Part shown: positions 1 through 11,746 of the stretch, in pieces
How the letters are laid out: every line of letters begins with the position of its first letter
How positions within the stretch are numbered: position 1 is the first letter of the stretch
Program-made: the position numbers and the translations under genes
Assembly (NCBI RefSeq): GCF_001194135.2
Contig: NC_068988.1
Span: 63,062,555-63,101,573, forward strand
DNA from: Octopus bimaculoides
Taxonomy: Eukaryota
Length of the DNA stretch: 39,019 nt
Direction of reading: 5' to 3'
Notes under the pieces: model-generated
The model's database searches: none
The model's input: the letters and a program-made list of their open reading frames with translations, nothing else
What the model was told of the DNA's origin: nothing

Positions 1-2656
1 TCAAGAGTTCATCTGTGTTTTCATTCCAGAGTATGAAACAGTCGTCCAGGAACCTTTTCCAATTTTCTTTTATGTATTGGGAAAGGGTGTTTCCAAAAGT
101 GGATAAAGATTCCTGGTATATTATTATTTCCAAGTAACCCATTGTTAGGTTCGCAATGACTGGAGCTGCCCTAGTGCCCATAACAATTCCGGATTTTTGT
201 CTGTAGAAAGTATTGTCAAACATGAAGTGGTTGTTTTGTAAGATGAATTCAACCGATTTAGTAATGAATTCATTACTGATCCTGTTTGGGATTTCTTTCG
301 GGAATTGATCCAGCCAGAATTGTATACATAAATATATATGTGCATGTTGCCGCAGTTAAACCGAATGATTGACAAGCACACTTTGCACTCAAGCGGTTGT
401 AATTTCGAGTTCAATTCCTCATGTGATGTATTTCGAAAGGGCTACATCTTGGTCTGATCCATTTCCAGTGCTTAAAGCTGGTTAGTTTTAATTTAAATGA
501 CCAGCCATGTCATAATTTTCCATGTTGATTTTGACAAGGTATTACGTTAATATTCTGTCGCACCCTAATTCTATTAAGCTGAGATGATTGAAGAACTGAA
601 CACTTTATACATATGTGAAAGTAAATTTATAGTTCCCGACACTAACCCACCTCCTTCAAGCTTTAAACCTCTGAAAATCATGAGAAATTGAAACCGGTTA
701 TGAATATGGATATTAACATAAATGAATTTTCTGTATATACTCAGTGCATTTCAACGTGTTGTATTTTATGTATTCCACTACATGCATTGATTAATAAATA
801 TCATACGCTGCACACTCAATTGTATAATTATAATCAAGAAGAAAAGAATATAGTATGGAAGTTCATAAGTTATATGAATTTGCAATTCTTTCTTCTTAAT
901 TAGATTCCTTGCATATTGCTACACTACACAACGATACGCGCAGCTGTTTTTACATGACGTATCATTGTAGGACACGAACGGAATTATTATCATTATTCCT
1001 CCATTTATTTGTGGAGTGTTTCATAACACGTGGATCTTTTAATTGACTCCCTATCGAATTAGGTAACCTCAGATAGCGAGCACTTTCCGCAGAGTATATG
1101 CTGTTCCTCAAATTGTTCTTTTGCAATGTCGTAATTCAGGAACAAATCCCAGTTCTGCCATGTTTCCGAATGCTTTTTTACCCGACCCAAGTGAACCTAT
1201 CAAATTTCAACTACGGAATGCATCGTGTGAGACAGCCTGAGTCACTCATTCATATTTGGTAATAATGTATGAATAATAATGAGAAACGTTTTCCAGACAG
1301 AAATATATGTGGCTGACATGCAACTGCGAAACTCATGTGTGAAAAGTAAACCATACTACACGATTTAAACTAACATCACATTCCTGACTAAAGTTCTACA
1401 GTTTATAAAAGAAGTTTATTTTCACACTTTGACTCAAGATATAAGTATTAAATAAAAATATACCCCTTTACATTCCTTTAATATCCATAAAAATCCAAAT
1501 GCGTATTGATTACGTTCTGTACAAGAATATCTAATTCCTAAGGAAAACGCAGTCAAATTTTGGTGCTGTTAATAGAAAGAAACGTATTAACTCGATCTCA
1601 CAAACCACTGTATCTAGAGTATGAATTAGAAGGGAATAATCGATATCGGGTTGTTACCGAATTTGCACGATTCTACATGACCTGATTTAAATACTCCCCG
1701 CTACGTCTAGTGAAAGAAGAAAATAAAGAACGTCATTCAGACATTTATCGGTCTGAACAAATGACAATAAATTGCGTAGTGACTGTGGTACAGCGAATTT
1801 TTCTTACATGTGAAACATTAACTTAATACATATGAGAATTATTCCGTGATTAATTACAAATATAACCTATACTTCATATACAGAGTGTCATTTTCTCTCA
1901 TTTGTTCGCCTATATATTTGCATAAATAGGCATACGTAAAAACATATGATATATGTATACATGCATATATTCGTGCGTGTTTGTGTCTACATACATATAC
2001 GTATATATACATATATGTGAGAATATATATGTGTGTGTATGTACATATGTATGTATACATACATATANNNNNNNNNNNNNNNNNNNNNNNNNNNNNNNNN
2101 NNNNNNNNNNNNNNNNNNNNNNNNNNNNNNNNNNNNNNNNNNNNNNNNNNNNNNNNNNNNNNNNNNNNNNNNNNNNNNNNNNNNNNNNNNNNNNNNNNNN
2201 NNNNNNNNNNNNNNNNNNNNNNNNNNNNNNNNNNNNNNNNNNNNNNNNNNNNNNNNNNNNNNNNNNNNNNNNNNNNNNNNNNNNNNNNNNNNNNNNNNNN
2301 NNNNNNNNNNNNNNNNNNNNNNNNNNNNNNNNNNNNNNNNNNNNNNNNNNNNNNNNTGTACATTTAGTGGTTCTGTTAGATATATGGATATTTTTCTGCA
2401 TTTTATATGTTTACGCTAAATGGCATACAGTAAGCATAGCATTCTCGCTCTCATTTTGAACTGCGTTTCAATGTTTCTCTTTAGGGTAGGCCATATTGGA
2501 ATAGAGCGAACAATGGTTATTTAACTAAATGCACCAAGCTCGAAACATCCATATTTCGAAATTGTGTCTTCCACATTTCTTCCGCCTTTTATTTTTCAAT
2601 TACGACTGAAGTTATCTTAGCATTTAACCTCGTTGAAGAAAGGAGGTTGAAGCTAA

Positions 2657-2845
2657 ATTCGACACAATGAATATAAAACAGCATATCCCATCCAAAAACT
2701 AAACTATTTTTAACATCTGAAAATATCATCTAGTATATGGTTAGGATCCAAGAGTTTATTCGGAGCAGCTGTCATCTACTTCCAAAATATCCTCAAGATG
2801 GCTCTGGAAACTTGCGCATGAATTTCTGGGTAGATTTGCAAAATT
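2657..2845 (-). mobile_element. Tc1/mariner-like transposon 3' remnant (transposase C-terminus plus downstream subterminal sequence)
   Basis: Minus strand translates NFANLPRNSCASFQSHLEDILEVDDSCSE* (stop at 2756-2758). This resembles the C-terminal pattern of mariner-family transposases as I recall it (F..LP....AC..FR.RLE.V.EA.G..FE*). Not confirmed by search. Confidence 0.55.
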
Positions 2846-2871
2846 CGTGTCATTGGTCACCTGCTCGATCG

Positions 2872-3028
2872 AAATTGGTTCGTGCCAGTTACGAGGCCAA
2901 GCATCCCTGAACGTTTCATCTCAATCCATTCAACAATTCTTGTAATATCTTGTCCACGGTTCAGCAAAGAAACAAACAAACGCGTCTGAAAACAATACCA
3001 CTGCCTTCGCTAAGGGGGAAGCAATAAA
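2872..3028 (+). mobile_element. Non-autonomous Helentron/HINE-like element 3' end
   Basis: A short (CAAA)n microsatellite is followed by gaaaacaatacc and a terminal imperfect hairpin (ctgccttcgctaagggggaagca). This layout is typical of HINE/DINE-like elements, and the upstream gttcgtgccagt..gaggccaa.catccctgaa.gtttcatc matches an octopus repeat as I recall it. Confidence 0.5.
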
Positions 3029-3097
3029 ATAAATTCTATAAGCCAATGCGGTATTGAGCACTCCGTCTCATCGTTCGACATTGATGTATAGATATGC

Positions 3098-3335
3098 ATG
3101 TGTGTGTGTGTGTGTATATGCGTGTTTGTGGGTGAGTGTGTGAGTGTGTATGTTTGTATGTATATATATACTGGTAAATAGATTTGACGCATTTGTATGT
3201 CTGTCGTAGGTTTACACACAGACACACGCACATACACGCACGCACACGCATACACACACACACACACACACACTCACACACACGCACATATATACATATA
3301 TATATATATATATATAAATATATACATAGGTACAT
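3098..3335. repeat. Compound (TG)/(CA)/(TA) microsatellite
   Basis: Directly visible dinucleotide runs. Confidence 0.9.
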
Positions 3336-5531
3336 ACAAAAATGCCCTGTTGTTGATACAGTAATTCCAATGAAGGCACCTTCGATCTAGGTTAGAAACT
3401 AGTTTTTTCTCTATTGGCAGGAAATCTTGAAATAAACTGAATAATAACAAGTGCATACATACGTACATTTGTTTATTTGCAATGTAACGCCCTTTCCCAT
3501 GTCTTGCATTGATGTTTTGTGTGTAAGTGATTCTTTTGTTTGATTTAGAAATGTTTAACCCGGAGCGAAGTATAAGAGGCGGTGAAGAGTTAATATCACA
3601 TATTAATTACTCGTTGTAGATTTTATTTAAATTCTGGAGTGTACTTATACGGACTACATTACCATTGTTTTGTTACTGATATAAAGTGAGGAAATGTGAA
3701 AGTTAACAGTCATCATCTAATTTTTAATTGATTGTACCAATATCTTGTAGTGACGATATGTGTGTTTATCGGCATTTGGAAACTTCATGTTTATGTTTAT
3801 TTATATACGCTTATGCATATGGGAGTGTGGTCCATGAATGTATTTTTGTGCGTATCTGCGTTAATCGAAATGAGGGTTATACATGTTTGTGTGTATCTGT
3901 GTAACAGTTAACACTTAGGTATATGTTTAGTCGATTTACGTATGGTTACATATCTACATGCTAGAAGACGTTTAATTTAAAACTAGACTGCGGTACGTAT
4001 TGAATTTGATATAATTAACTAAATCGTTAAAAGCAGTGCTTGAAAATTACATCAAAATTATACATGAAATCAGCTGGTTATATTTATTATTGCAGCTTGT
4101 AGTATATATACGAAATGTGTGAATTTATTTAACTACCAACTAGGTCTCAATGAGTTTATGCTGAACTACATACGATGGACAGAATATTTCTGGCAACGTT
4201 CTGAAATAATAATTCCTACTGCCTACGAACGTCAGTCTTTTAAACAGGTGAAATGTGATTCCATTAGAGAGTTTATACAACTATGATGAGCGATTTAATT
4301 TAGCGGCATCCGACTTATTATAATTAATTAGAACACCTATAAGACAGTCAAATTGATTCAGTTGACATCGAGAGCAACATATGTGGTAGCTAATTTAAAC
4401 ATAAAACTAAGTATAATGTTAATCAACTAAATATTATTGGTATTATCCTTTGACGAAAGGAACTTCAGCCTGATCATTTCGTATTTGATTATATCCGATA
4501 ATATACTATGAAATATTCAATCCTTGCCAGTTCTCAGAATTGGTTAGACGTTCGTGTGTTCGTAGTTTCGACTCCTAGAAACGTGCGACGCATTTTGCTT
4601 ACGAGTAAATATATTTCATTTTACATAGATCTAGCCCTCGCTACTAAAACAAGTATACTCTCGAACGCTCATGTTATCATTTGTCAATTAAGATATCACA
4701 TACTGGATATTCCACGGGGTGGGAGTCTTGAAATCATATCTGTAACTATTCCTGCTTCTATATGTTCCTTCAACAATTTGCGAAAACATTACATGCTAAC
4801 AAGATATATTATATTGCAAGTTACGAATCATAACATTGTTTGATGCATGCTTTTACAGTTTAAGACGATATAGTATCGTTTCAGAGTAATCAGGCTGTTG
4901 TTAGTAGTAGGCTGTGACGAGATATATACATTCTTGTTGTCACTAATGAGGCATGTTTTCGTGACATGTTTGTACATATGGAATTCGGAGAAAAAAGTAC
5001 CTGAAGAGAGTAATTATATTTCAGCGATGAAACACAGTTCGGAATTCAATGACAGGGGGGAAATTGTTGTGACTTCTTCGGGGCAAGACTAAATATAACA
5101 ATATCATAAAAGAAGAGATTGTTTGCTGGAAATATAAACGATTTATTGCTGGGGGCACGAACAGGGTAATCATGTTTACAGAACAAATATTTAGGATATG
5201 CCTAGGATTATGCTACAGAAAATGGAACAATTTAAGTTTAATGCTAAACACTAATAAGAACAAAATAGTTTAACATGATCAAAGAAGGAGCTTCTACATA
5301 ACAATTCGATATGGTAGCAATAACAATTACTTGAAATGATACACTTTCGTCTTAAAATTTGCATTGGATAGATAACATAATGGAAAATATACGTTGTAAG
5401 CTGAAAAGGCCCGGGGATTTATCCAGTATAATCTTAGATTATACTTCTGCTCAGCAACAACTCTATCATGCCGCCATGTTTTAGAAGCTGGATATTTTCT
5501 AGAATGAACGGAGCTCTATATGTTTTAACAA

Positions 5532-5648
5532 AGGTGGAGAGCGGACAAAAATCGTTAGCACGCCGGATAAAATACTTACGGTATATCTTCTGAATGTTGA
5601 CGTTCTCAGTTCAAATCCCGCTGAGGTCAACTTTGCCTTTCATCGATA
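5532..5648 (+). mobile_element. tRNA-derived SINE, family B, 5' part
   Basis: aatcgttagcacgccgg head, B-box-like gttcaaatccc, then gaggtcaactttgcctttcatc core. The same motifs recur in the copies at 11307, 11533 and 30711. Confidence 0.85.
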
Positions 5649-5937
5649 CAGGAAAGATGCCAAAATGTAGCAGTAAAGTTGTGGGATCGATATAATGAAC
5701 TTCACTGTTATTAACTCTTTTCGAAATTGAGCGCCTTGAAACCTACAGGAGACGAGTGTACTAATAATGGAAGTGCTGTGATCGCGGTTATTTATATGTC
5801 ATGGGAACCAGGTAACCGGCCTTTTGAGCCCTCAGATTGAATGAAAAGGAAGAAAACATCTAAAAGTTCACAATAATCATATTAAAAGCGGCGGATTTAC
5901 AGCGTTGTTTTTGATAGATTTGAATATTCTAACATTG

Positions 5938-5994
<57 letters not shown>

Positions 5995-6008
5995 NNNNNN
6001 NNNNTCTG

Positions 6009-6061
<53 letters not shown>

Positions 6062-6082
6062 TTCGCTCTCTCTCTCTCTCTT
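5938..6082. repeat. (CT)n microsatellite with a 10-N gap
   Basis: Directly visible. Confidence 0.95.
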
Positions 6083-8317
6083 TCCCTTTGTCTCTGGAAT
6101 ACATGATCAGATCTTGATCAGCGATCAGATCTGCGCAGATTAAAATCTGATGGGGAGAGCTCAAACATCGTATAGAAATTCATCGCCACGTGTATAGATA
6201 TGTTCCTAGGTGTCGAAAAAGCAAACCTAACCTTGTGCTGATTAAAAATCTATCTGTATTTCTAGAAGTTAAAAGGGTCTATCGAGTGAAGCAAAAGATC
6301 TGCAGTTATACTTGTGGCTCTCTGAGTCCCAAAGACTTTGTAATACGGATCTTTTCTATTGTTGCCATAGTCTTCAACTCTTTTAATTTTGTTGTACTTC
6401 TTCTCAGATTTAGTGTGTTGATGTAGTCTTGTATGACAAGTATGGAAATGGAGTTCGGTTTTTGCAATGAATTAATAAAGAAAAAGTTAATAGCTTTTAA
6501 AGTTTGCAAATTTTGCCTAGTTTTAGCTAATCGAAAGTCATAGACATGTTGGCAGCAGTTTCCACAGTAACACCTCTGCTTAAAACTCGAATCACGTGCA
6601 TTGTTTTAATTTGTTCACTTTCTTTGCAAATATACATTTTCTGAACGTTTGTACCTCACTTTTCTCATTTTCTCGTGTTTTGTCTTTCCTTTTATGTTTT
6701 TCCTTTTAGAGAAACGGATATTTTCTGCTGCTGTACTTTCTTTCACTGCTTCATTTCTGATAGATGGTCCTGGGAAGATTGTTAAGATAGAGATCACGGT
6801 TTTGTCAAGACGGAAATATAACCGAAAAAGAGTACTTGCTACCTGAGACATGGGTTTCGGAAGATATGTCGCGAGTTCAAGCATATTTTTCTTTATGCGG
6901 TGTCATATGGGAAACGCGACTCACTAGATGAATGCATGCATCAGTCGGCTCTTCCAGTAATCACAAAGCTCAGTGACTTGTGGAGGGCTTCTTCTCATAT
7001 ATCTGAAATCGGTGGTTATATTCTACATAGAATAGGGAACTGCTGCATTGAATGTATAACTCGAATGATGGTAGTCACACGCAACAAGTGGAAAATAGGT
7101 CATGGACCTGTTTAAAACGTGGGAATAAAGGACGCTGTGGCACTCACCCTTCTATGGTTGACTCGTACCTCTGCATGTTTAGGTAGCACAGAAGATACGA
7201 AAATTGTAATTTGTTTGAGAAGAAATTCCTAGAGTGTATCTCAAACTTCCGCTTTTGAATAGATGAATTGTTTGCATGAATTGCTCAAGCATCTCTATTT
7301 CTTTGCAGTTGAGCGTACAATTACTGTCTTTGTAATTTTACGCAAAAGATAGTTCATTGAGGATGCTTTCCATTTTATATTATTTGCATACATGCCAGTT
7401 CCAACAGTCCACCTAACATTATTCACTACAACTTATTAAATGTTAAAAGTTTCTTCAAACTTCCACCTTTGTATGGTTTTGCATTCATTAAAAGCTTGCC
7501 TTTGTACTGTTATGACAAACGGCTAACACGCGCAGACGCCAGCTTTCAAATATTGTTTGCTGATTGTGTAAAAATTATTAAACACTTTTCTCTTTAGCAT
7601 TTTTCTAAAATATTTATGGAAAGTGAATAACAAAATCCGATTCAGCATAAAAAAATTACATCATTATACCACATTTGAAAATGTTCACTTAATTTCAAAA
7701 TTTTATAATCTGTGACAGCAACAAAAAATATCCGGATATATGTCTCGATGTAACTTTTGTTTAGGTGGGGTGGTTAATGTGTTTGTTAACCGCGTTATTT
7801 GTATGTTTATCGTATGTGTTGCATTATAACATTTATCGTATTATAACATATATCGTATGTGTTGTATTACAACATTTATTATGCAGTTAACTGAGAATTA
7901 TGACGTTATCCGTTTTGTGAATATTAATATTAATATTGTGTTCGGCACTATGTCTGGAAATCTTATTATTTATTATTTTCATCGAGGTCTTTTGTTTTAG
8001 GTGGACATGTTTTTGCCGCCTATACCTGTTTCATTCTTAGCATGAACCTTATTCATATATTTTTAATTCCCTACAGAATATTTAACCTTCATATCGAGTT
8101 TCTGTTATTCTAGAATATCTATCTACTCGTTATTATATAGTCCCGATATACGAATAGATATATATTTGAATGTTTACTCAAGTATTTAAGGTTACTATTG
8201 AGTTTGTGGTACACTTCACATACTCCCGCACTTATGTCCAAATTAACATCTACAAAATAACTCTTTTAATTTTCAATGGGAGTAGAAACACCCAGACATT
8301 CAAATATATTTATATGT

Positions 8318-8365
8318 ATATCTATCTATCTATCTATCTATCTATATATATATATATATATATAT
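8318..8365. repeat. (TATC)n(TA)n microsatellite
   Basis: Directly visible; abuts the left arm of the inverted repeat. Confidence 0.9.
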
Positions 8366-8366
8366 G

Positions 8367-8818
8367 ATTAGAAAATGGAGAAAACCTTAGATTAACCAAC
8401 ACATCGATTGGACCACATTCATAGTTAATTTATTAATACAAAGCATGACATAAAAAATCCTACAGCCGTTTCTAATCAGATTGCCAGAATGCGGTCTATA
8501 CATAATTTCGAGAATAAAATTTTCCATCTTCATAGGGCATTCCAATTAAGGCAACGGATCTTCATCTGAGTGAAAAACAAGAGCATACAATATAAACAAA
8601 AGACGAAAGAAAAGGAAAGAAAACATGGCTGAGACAAATAGTCTAAAACCCAAGTATGTCAAGCGTTTTATTCTCGCATTTACGTATAGACTATATTCTG
8701 GAAATTTGATTAGAAACGGCTGTAAGGTTTGTTATGTCATGCTTTATATTAATAAATAAGCTATAAATGTGGTCCAATCGATGTGTGGGTTAATCTATGG
8801 TTTTCTCCATTTTATAAT
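8367..8818. repeat. Long inverted repeat / fold-back (MITE-like): 153-bp arms, 146-bp spacer
   Basis: 8367-8519 aligns without gaps to the reverse complement of 8666-8818 with 18 mismatches by manual count (135/153, 88%). Confidence 0.92.
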
Positions 8819-9100
8819 TATTGGCACTGTTTATCCTTTTGTTATCTGCACTCTATGTGTATGGACCTGCACACCATCGCTCGGGGATACTACAGGTAAC
8901 GGATGCCGATAGTATATACGGATATTTTATCCATTGGTCCGTTACTATAATCGCTAACTTTGTTCATATATATACATTATATATATATTTGATATCCTTG
9001 TGTCTTTCTAATAACATTTCTTCGTGCACTGCGTGTTCATTTTTGTATTTTGTGCTCATTATGTTTTCGTTCGTATTTGCTTGTCTGCGTCTTGGGATGA

Positions 9101-9103
<3 letters not shown>

Positions 9104-9173
<70 letters not shown>
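9104..9173. repeat. (TG)n microsatellite
   Basis: Directly visible perfect run. Confidence 0.95.
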
Positions 9174-9176
<3 letters not shown>

Positions 9177-9300
9177 CTGAAGCTCTTATAAAATAGATGG
9201 ATCGTTGAAAATCCCGATGAATGAATGTCCGTACGACACTGAGAGAGAACGAGACACAGAAAACTATCTAGGCGGGGAACAACACAATTCATAGAACTAA

Positions 9301-9775
9301 ACAGAGAAAAATAATCAGAGACAGAGAGAATGAGGGGAAGCTAGAGTGAGCTGGTTAATAGAATAAGGTGCATAAAGAGAGAGAGAGGGAGAATAGTGCG
9401 AGAGAGAGAGAGAGAGAGAGAGAAAAGTGCGAGAAAGGGAGATAGATAAAAGAGTAAGAGAGATGAAAACTGAGAGATTGAGAGAGCTCAGTAAAAAGAA
9501 ATAGAGAGAGAACAATAAAAACAGCAAGAAAAATGCGAAAGATAGAATGAGTGAGACGGCAAGGACAGAGAGAGATGGGGAGAGAGATATGTAGTAAAAT
9601 CAGAGATGGAGATGGGTTGATAGAAAGAACTATTCAGATAAGAAGAATGAGATGCACGGAGAGAATGAAAGAGGGTGAGAGAGAGCAAGAGACAGAACCG
9701 ACAGATAGAGCTAATGAGAGACAACACGGTGCAGTAAAAATCAGATGGCATTGAATGAGAGAGAAAGAATGAATG
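9301..9775. repeat. GA-rich (polypurine) low-complexity tract
   Basis: About 470 bp of degenerate (GA)n/GAAA sequence, strongly purine-biased on the + strand. Confidence 0.85.
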
Positions 9776-10129
9776 ATTGTTTAGGAAAGAAATAGCTTTA
9801 CAAAGGGAGGTGAATGGGTCATAATTAGAGAAAAGAAGAAGAGTTATAGAAAAGTATGATAAAATGAAAACTACTTGAATGTGCAGAAAATCAAACACTC
9901 CAACATTTGGTTTTGAGCGGCATATTCCACTTGCGTTTGTTTGCCATGTCTCCTGGCACCATCTTAACGCTGTCTTTGAATGAAATGCACGTAGGTTCAG
10001 GTGCAAGAGAAGTTCTGTGACAAAAGACTAATTGTTAAATATCTTGTTGGAAATTAGTTCTTTTCGGGCTATACTCAATTGATGGCTTTTCAAAAGAAGT
10101 CATGCAAACACAAACTCACCACAACAGTT

Positions 10130-10759
10130 ACATATATATACATATATATAAATACATAATACATGTTTATATATATATATATATATATATACATGCGCAT
10201 ACATATATATGTGAATGTATGTATGTATGTATGTGTGTATGTATGTATATGTATATATATGCGTGTGTGCATGTGTGTATAAGTATGCATGTATATACAC
10301 ATCATATTTATATATATGCACATCATATTTATGNNNNNNNNNNNNNNNNNNNNNNNNNNNNNNNNNNNNNNNNNNNNNNNNNNNNNNNNNNNNNNNNNNN
10401 NNNNNNNNNNNNNNNNNNNNNNNNNNNNNNNNNNNNNNNNNNNNNNNNNNNNNNNNNNNNNNNNNNNNNNNNNNNNNNNNNNNNNNNNNNNNNNNNNNNN
10501 NNNNNNNNNATATATATATATATACATATATATATACATATAGACATTTGTGTTTGCATGTATAGATACACATACACCCATGCAAACCACTTCAATTACT
10601 TTTATACATGTATACGCATGCACAATGAACACAATGCGTGGTAGAATCATATATATGGTTCACCTTTTTTGTTTTCCTCTTCTTATATACATATATCTAT
10701 GTTTCAATTTAGTATTGGATATATTTGTATATGAAATTTCTTGTCTCCACATGCACACA

Positions 10760-10823
<64 letters not shown>

Positions 10824-10925
10824 CAAAAACACCCCTCGCAGACGCACACACACATATGCACGTGCGTATGTGCGACTGTACATGTGTGTGTGTGTGTGCG
10901 TGTTTGTTCGTGTATGTGTGAGTGA
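10130..10925. repeat. Compound TA/TG/CA microsatellite cluster spanning gap 10334-10509
   Basis: Directly visible runs with short unique interruptions. Confidence 0.8.
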
Positions 10926-11306
10926 AATACGATTGTGCGCGTAGGCGTAGTTTTGTGCGGTAACTCACCAAGAAAACTGCAGAATGTCTGATTCGAACAA
11001 ACAATTTAATATAATCAGTTTGAAGACTAAAGTTGCATCGATCGCTTATATTTTGGTAAACACACCCTACATGTAATCCTCGTAATCATCCAGATTACGA
11101 TTTTTTTTTACCTCTTTTGACCTCCCGTTTAACGTTTGTTACATAATTCGGCGCGGTTACTCATTTTAACGTTCTTCTTACGGCAATTTTTTCTTAGATA
11201 ATAGTTCCATTTTCTGTACATGATTCTAGAAGAGACTGTCTTCCTGTTTGTTTAAAAGCAAATTGCCTTGATGTCTCCAGTACTGATGTTAATAGTAATA
11301 CTCCAA

Positions 11307-11523
11307 TGCGGTGAGTTGGCTGAAACGGTAAGCACACTGGGCGAAATGCTGAGCGGTATTTCGTCTGCCACTACGTTCTGTGTTCAAATTCCGCCAAGGT
11401 CGCCTTTGCTTTCATCCTTTCCGTGTCGATAAATTAAATATCAGTACTGGGTCCGATCAAATCCACTGGCCCCTCCACCATAATTTCTGGCCTTGTGCCT
11501 AGAGTAGGAAGGAATATTAATAA
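11307..11523 (+). mobile_element. tRNA-derived SINE, family B, near full length
   Basis: gcggtgagttggc head, B box gttcaaattcc (11382-11392), core aggtcgcctttgctttcatcctttccgtgtcgataaa, tail ggccttgtgcctagagtaggaaggaatatt. Confidence 0.9.
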
Positions 11524-11532
11524 AACTCTATC

Positions 11533-11746
11533 AGACGGTGAGCTGGTAGAATCGTTAGGACATTAGGCGAATTGCTTAGAAGCTATTCATCCTTCTATCC
11601 TTTCTGAGTTCAAGTACCGCTGAGGTTGATTTTGCTTTTCATCAATTCTGGATCGATAAAATAAATACCAGATGATTCCTGGGGTTGACCTACTCAAATT
11701 AGACCGCTCCCCAAACCTGCTGGTCTCGTCCCAAAAATTGAAACAT
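11533..11746 (+). mobile_element. tRNA-derived SINE, family B, second copy in tandem
   Basis: gacggtgagctggtagaatcgttag head, gagttcaagtacc B-box-like motif, core tgaggttgattttgcttttcatc..gatcgataaaataaataccag, and a variant tail ccaaaaattgaaac. Confidence 0.85.

Noticed and set aside
320-420. gagttcaattcc B-box-like motif
   Set aside because: No matching A box or SINE body recognisable; too degenerate to call a SINE or tRNA.
3546-3584. TTAA-CCC...GAG-TTAA, resembling piggyBac-type ends
   Set aside because: Only about 30 bp between the ends and the inverted match is too short.
5020-5040. FSDETQF, resembling the first catalytic motif of Tc1 transposases
   Set aside because: An isolated 7-aa match flanked by stops, with no second motif or TIR nearby.
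6650-6850. Strong-looking polypyrimidine tract plus AG acceptor at ~6709
   Set aside because: No convincing donor downstream and no recognisable peptide in any frame; pyrimidine tracts are common in this DNA.
7148-7170. 23-nt minus-strand microexon candidate (catgcag|...AGG|gtgagt)
   Set aside because: Expected by chance; no supporting neighbouring exons.
7230-7500. Possible hAT transposase remnant on the minus strand (IMLGGLLEL; LNCKEIEMLEQFMQTIHLFK) and an FST.RN-like motif near 6200-6240
   Set aside because: The motifs need several frameshifts and their spacing does not fit hAT architecture. Too degenerate to support without an HMM search.
7807-7875. Imperfect 17-26-bp tandem units (ttatcgtatgtgttgcattataacat)
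   Set aside because: An ordinary slippage minisatellite with no unique spacers; not CRISPR-like.
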